40,366 bases of DNA from Utricularia gibba (taxonomy: Eukaryota; Plantae; Magnoliophyta), in assembly GCA_002189035.1 (NCBI GenBank), contig NEEC01000257.1, positions 1 to 40,366 of the forward strand, given 5' to 3'. Positions 36,805 to 40,366 of this stretch are shown one piece after another. A model generated the notes under the pieces. The model did no database searches and was not told the DNA's origin. It saw only the letters and a program-made list of their open reading frames with translations. How positions within the stretch are numbered: position 1 is the first letter of the stretch; each line of letters begins with the position of its first letter. The position numbers and the translations under genes were made by a program.

Positions 36805-37727
36805 CACGTGCACCCCACATGATTTTTTCAACAACTTACTTTATACTTGAGCAGGCGGTCTTTGGGTGCACCTGGAACGGGACAAAGGTAAGGTTTGGCT
36901 TGCACCGAGTTAGTTGTAGTCCGGCAAATAAAGTGATGTATTTATTATCGTTCGGTTTTCGGGGGCTGCCTACATGGTTTTTCAAGGAACCGCTTCTCGT
37001 TTTGTGGCGGCCAGTCTCGCTGGGAACTTGGTCCTTGACCCCGATTCTGTATGGCTCATGAGGTCAACTGGATGCAAATCGATTAAAAAAAATGATCATT
37101 TGTTTAAATTACGATGTCACGTGCACCCCACATGATTTTTTCAACATACTTTATACATGAGGAGGCGGTCTTGGGGGCACTGGGAACCGGAAAAAGATCA
37201 GCTTAGGCCTTGGCCAAAGTAAGTTGTAGCCGGCAAAGAAAGTGATGTATTTATTAACGTTCGGTTTTCGGGTTGCCTACATGGTTTTTCAAGGAACAGC
37301 TTCTCGTTTTGTGGCGGCCAGTCTCGCTGGAACTTGGTCCGGGCCCCGATTCTTTATGGCTCATGAGGACAAGGATGCAAATCGATGAAACTTGCATTTG
37401 TTTAAATTGCGATATCACGTGCACCCCACATGATTTTTTCAACAACTTACTTTATACTTGAGAAGGCGGTCTTTGGGGCACTTGGAACCGGAAAAAGATC
37501 AGCTTAGGCCTTGGCCCAAAGTAAGTTGTAGCCCGGCAAAGAAAGTGATGTATTTATTAACGTTCGGTTTTCGGTGTTGCCTACATGGTTTTTCAAGGAA
37601 CAGCTTCTCGTTTTGTGGCGGCCAGTCTCGCTAGGAACTTGGTCCGGGCCCGCGATTCTTTATGGCTCATGAGGACAAAGGATGCAAATCGATGAATACA
37701 ATGTTGCATTTGTTTAAATTGCGATAT

Positions 37728-40366
37728 CACGTGCACCCCACATGATTTTTTCAACAACTTACTTTATACTTGAGCAGGCGGTCTTTGGTGCACCTGGAAC
37801 GGGACAAAGGTAAGGTTGGCTTGCACCGAGAGTTAGTTGTAGTCCGGAAAATAAAGTGATGTATTTTTATCGTTCGGTTTTCGGGGGCTGCCTACATGGT
37901 TTTTCAAGGAACCGCTTCTCGTTTTGTGGCGGCCAGTCTCGCTGGGAACTTGGTCCTTGACCCCGATTCTGTATGGCTCATGAGGTCAACTGGATGCAAA
38001 TCGATTAAAAAAAATGATCCATTTGTTTAAATTATGATGTCACGTGCACCCCACATGATTTTTTTCAACAACTTACTTTATACTTGAGAAGGCGGTCTTT
38101 GGGTGCACTTGGAACCGGAAAAAGATCAGCTTAGGCCTTGGCCCAAAGTAAGTTGTAGCCCGGCAAAGAAAGTGATGTATTTATTAACGTTCGGTTTTCG
38201 GTGTTGCCTACATGGTTTTTCAAGGAACAGCTTCTCGTTTTGTGGCGGCCAGTCTCGCTAGGAACTTGGTCCGGCCCGCGATTCTTTATGGCTCATGAGG
38301 ACAAAAGGATGCAAATCGATGAATACAATGTTGCATTTGTTTAAATTGCGATATCACGTGCACCCCACATGATTTTTTCAACAACTTACTTTATACTTGA
38401 GCAGGCGGTCTTTGGGTGCACCTGGAACGGGACAAAGGTAAGGTTTGGCTTGCACCGAGTGTTAGTTGTAGTCCGGCAAATAAAGTGATGTATTTATTAT
38501 CGTTCGGTTTTCGGGGGCTGCCTACATGGTTTTTCAAGGAACCGCTTCTCGTTTTGTGGCGGCCAGTCTCGCTGGGAACTTGGTCCTTGACCCCGATTCT
38601 GTATGGCTCATGAGGTCAACTGGATGCAAATCGATTAAAAAAAATGATCATTTGTTTAAATTATGATGTCACGTGCACCCCACATGATTTTTTTCAACAA
38701 CTTACTTTATACTTGAGAAGGCGGTCTTTGGGTGCACTTGGAACCGGAAAAGATCAGCTTAGGCCTTGGCCCAAAGTAAGTTTTAGCCCGGCAAAGAAAG
38801 TGATGTATTTATTAACGTTCGGTTTTCGGTGTTGCCTACATGGTTTTTCAAGGAACAGCTTCTCGTTTTGTGGCGGCCAGTCTCGCTAGGAACTTGGTCC
38901 GGCCCGCGATTCTTTATGGCTCATGAGGACAAAAGATGCAAATCGATGAATACAATGTTGCATTTGTTTAAATTGCGATATCACGTGCACCCCACATGAT
39001 TTTTTCAACAACTTACTTTATACTTGAGCAGGCGGTCTTTGGGTGCACCTGGAACGGGACAAAGGTAAGGTTTGGCTTGCACCGAGAGTTAGTTGTAGTC
39101 CGGCAAATAAAGTGATGTATTTATTATCGTTCGGTTTTCGGGGGCTGCCTACATGGTTTTTCAAGGAACCGCTTCTCGTTTTGTGGCGGCCAGTCTCGCT
39201 GGAACTTGGTCCTTGACCCCGATTCTGTATGGCTCATGAGGTCAACTGGATGCAAATCGATTAAAAAAAATGATCCATTTGTTTAAATTATGATGTCACG
39301 TGCACCCCACATGATTTTTTCAACAACTTACTTTATACTTGAGAAGGCGGTCTTTGGGTGCACTTGGAACCGGAAAAAGATCAGCTTAGGCCTTGGCCAA
39401 AGTAAGTTGTAGCCCGGCAAAGAAAGTGATGTATTTATTAACGTTCGGTTTTCGGTGTTGCCTACATGGTTTTTCAAGGAACAGCTTCTCGTTTTGTGGC
39501 GGCCAGTCTCGCTAGGAACTTGGTCCGGGCCCGCGATTCTTTATGGCTCATGAGGACAAAAGGATGCAAATCGATGAATACAATGTTGCATTTGTTTAAA
39601 TTGCGATATCACGTGCACCCCACATGATTTTTTCAACAACTTACTTTATACTTGAGCAGGCGGTCTTTGGTGCACTTGGAACGGGACAAAGGTAAGGTTT
39701 GGCTTGCACGAGAGTTAGTTGTAGTCCGGCAAATAAAGTGATGTATTTATTATCGTTCGGTTTTCGGGGGCTGCCTACATGGTTTTTCAAGGAACCGCTT
39801 CTCGTTTGTGGCGGCCAGTCTCGCTGGGAACTTGGTCCTTGACCCCGATTCTGTATGGCTCATGAGGTCAACTGGATGCAAATCGATTAAAAAAAATGAT
39901 CCATTTGTTTAAATTATGATGTCACGTGCACCCCACATGATTTTTTTCAACAACTTACTTTATACTTGAGAAGGCGGTCTTTGGGTGCACTTGGAACCGG
40001 AAAAGATCAGCTTAGGCCTTGGCCCAAAGTAAGTTGTAGCCCGGCAAAGAAAGTGATGTATTTATTAACGTTCGGTTTTCGGTGTTGCCTACATGGTTTT
40101 TCAAGGAACAGCTTCTCGTTTTTGTGGCGGCCAGTCTCGCTAGGAACTTGGTCCGGGCCCGCGATTCTTTATGGCTCATGAGGACAAAAGGATGCAAATC
40201 GATGAATACAATGTTGCATTGTTTAAAATGCGATTCACGTGCACCCCACATGATTTTTTCAACAACTTACTTTATACTTGAGCAGGCGGTCTTGGGTGCA
40301 CCTGGAACGGGACAAAGGTAAGGTTTGGCTTGCACCGAGAGTTAGTTGTAGTCCGGCAAATAAAGT
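37728..40366 (+). repeat. Alternating B-A dimer domain running off the right edge of the window
   Basis: B37728, A38041, B38355, A38670, B38982, A39297, B39610, A39923, partial B40236; all canonical. Confidence 0.92.

Larger units (their letters stand above)
1..40366 (+). repeat. Tandem satellite DNA array, ~315-bp monomer (types A and B), 129 complete units plus partial ends, single orientation
   Basis: The anchor TCACGTGCACC(C)CACATGATTTTT recurs about every 300-317 bp from 184 to 40236 (one damaged unit is ~264 bp; one anchor at 23458 is degenerate). ATGCAAATCGAT, GGCTCATGAGG and AAGTGATGTATT recur once per unit. I saw no unique spacer, no inversion and no non-repeat insertion. Confidence 0.99.

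Noticed and set aside
554-40321. The many 60-117 aa ORFs (for example ...VSCSPANKVMYLLSFGFRG... and MVFQGTASRFVAASLARNLVRARDSLWLMRTKG...)
   Set aside because: They are translations of the same repeat unit. Their frames open and close with 1-bp homopolymer indels, many use non-ATG starts, and I recognise no protein domain.
1-40366. CRISPR array
   Set aside because: There are no unique spacers. The whole ~315-bp unit repeats, and there are no cas genes or leader.
1-40366. Tandem 5S rRNA, snRNA, spliced-leader or tRNA gene array (suggested by the unit size and the octamer)
   Set aside because: I recognised no 5S, U1/U2, SL or tRNA sequence and no convincing A-box/B-box pair in either monomer. 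ATACTTGAG only superficially resembles the U1 start ATACTTACCTG.
1-40366. Rolling-circle or library concatemer of one 630-bp circle
   Set aside because: Linked multi-SNP haplotypes, fixed-breakpoint hybrids and an ordered five-unit HOR recur in spatial domains. Copying a single template would not produce these.
1-40366. Assignment to a named satellite (CentO, CentC, alpha satellite and others) or to a taxon
   Set aside because: Only the ~157-bp length is similar. I recognise no sequence similarity, and a database search is required.
1-40366. Individual 1-bp indels and singleton substitutions as biological monomer variants
   Set aside because: They are deletion-biased, concentrated in homopolymers and not shared in any ordered pattern, which fits sequencing or consensus error better.
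1-40366. Transposon, LTR or MITE insertion, or an inversion within the array
   Set aside because: Every stretch could be assigned to an A, B or hybrid unit on the same strand. I saw no foreign sequence, terminal inverted repeats or target-site duplication.

Overview
The whole 40,366-bp window is one uninterrupted, head-to-tail, single-orientation satellite DNA array. I can support no gene, RNA gene, transposon or unique sequence. Anchoring each unit on its CACGTGCAC motif gives 129 complete monomers (184-40235) plus two partial ends. There are two monomer types: A (314 bp in a clean copy) and B (316 bp), about 87% identical by my manual alignment; type A is about 45% GC. They mostly alternate as a ~630-bp AB dimer. 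Reading unit by unit shows four nested levels. (1) Each ~315-bp monomer is an old, diverged dimer of a ~157-bp nucleosome-sized unit. (2) A and B form the 630-bp dimer. (3) A-head/B-tail recombinant monomers (H) and a linked SNP haplotype (B*/A'/A'') break the alternation. (4) These build a ~1.55-kb five-monomer higher-order repeat, B*-H-A''-B-A, which is tandemly amplified at 20.0-28.4 kb and also occurs as isolated copies. The architecture resembles a eukaryotic (peri)centromeric satellite, but I do not recognise the family or the organism. Many 1-bp homopolymer deletions and A/B-mosaic patches look like long-read consensus error. All ORFs in the supplied track are treated as spurious. Coordinates and counts were made by hand and may be off by a few bases.
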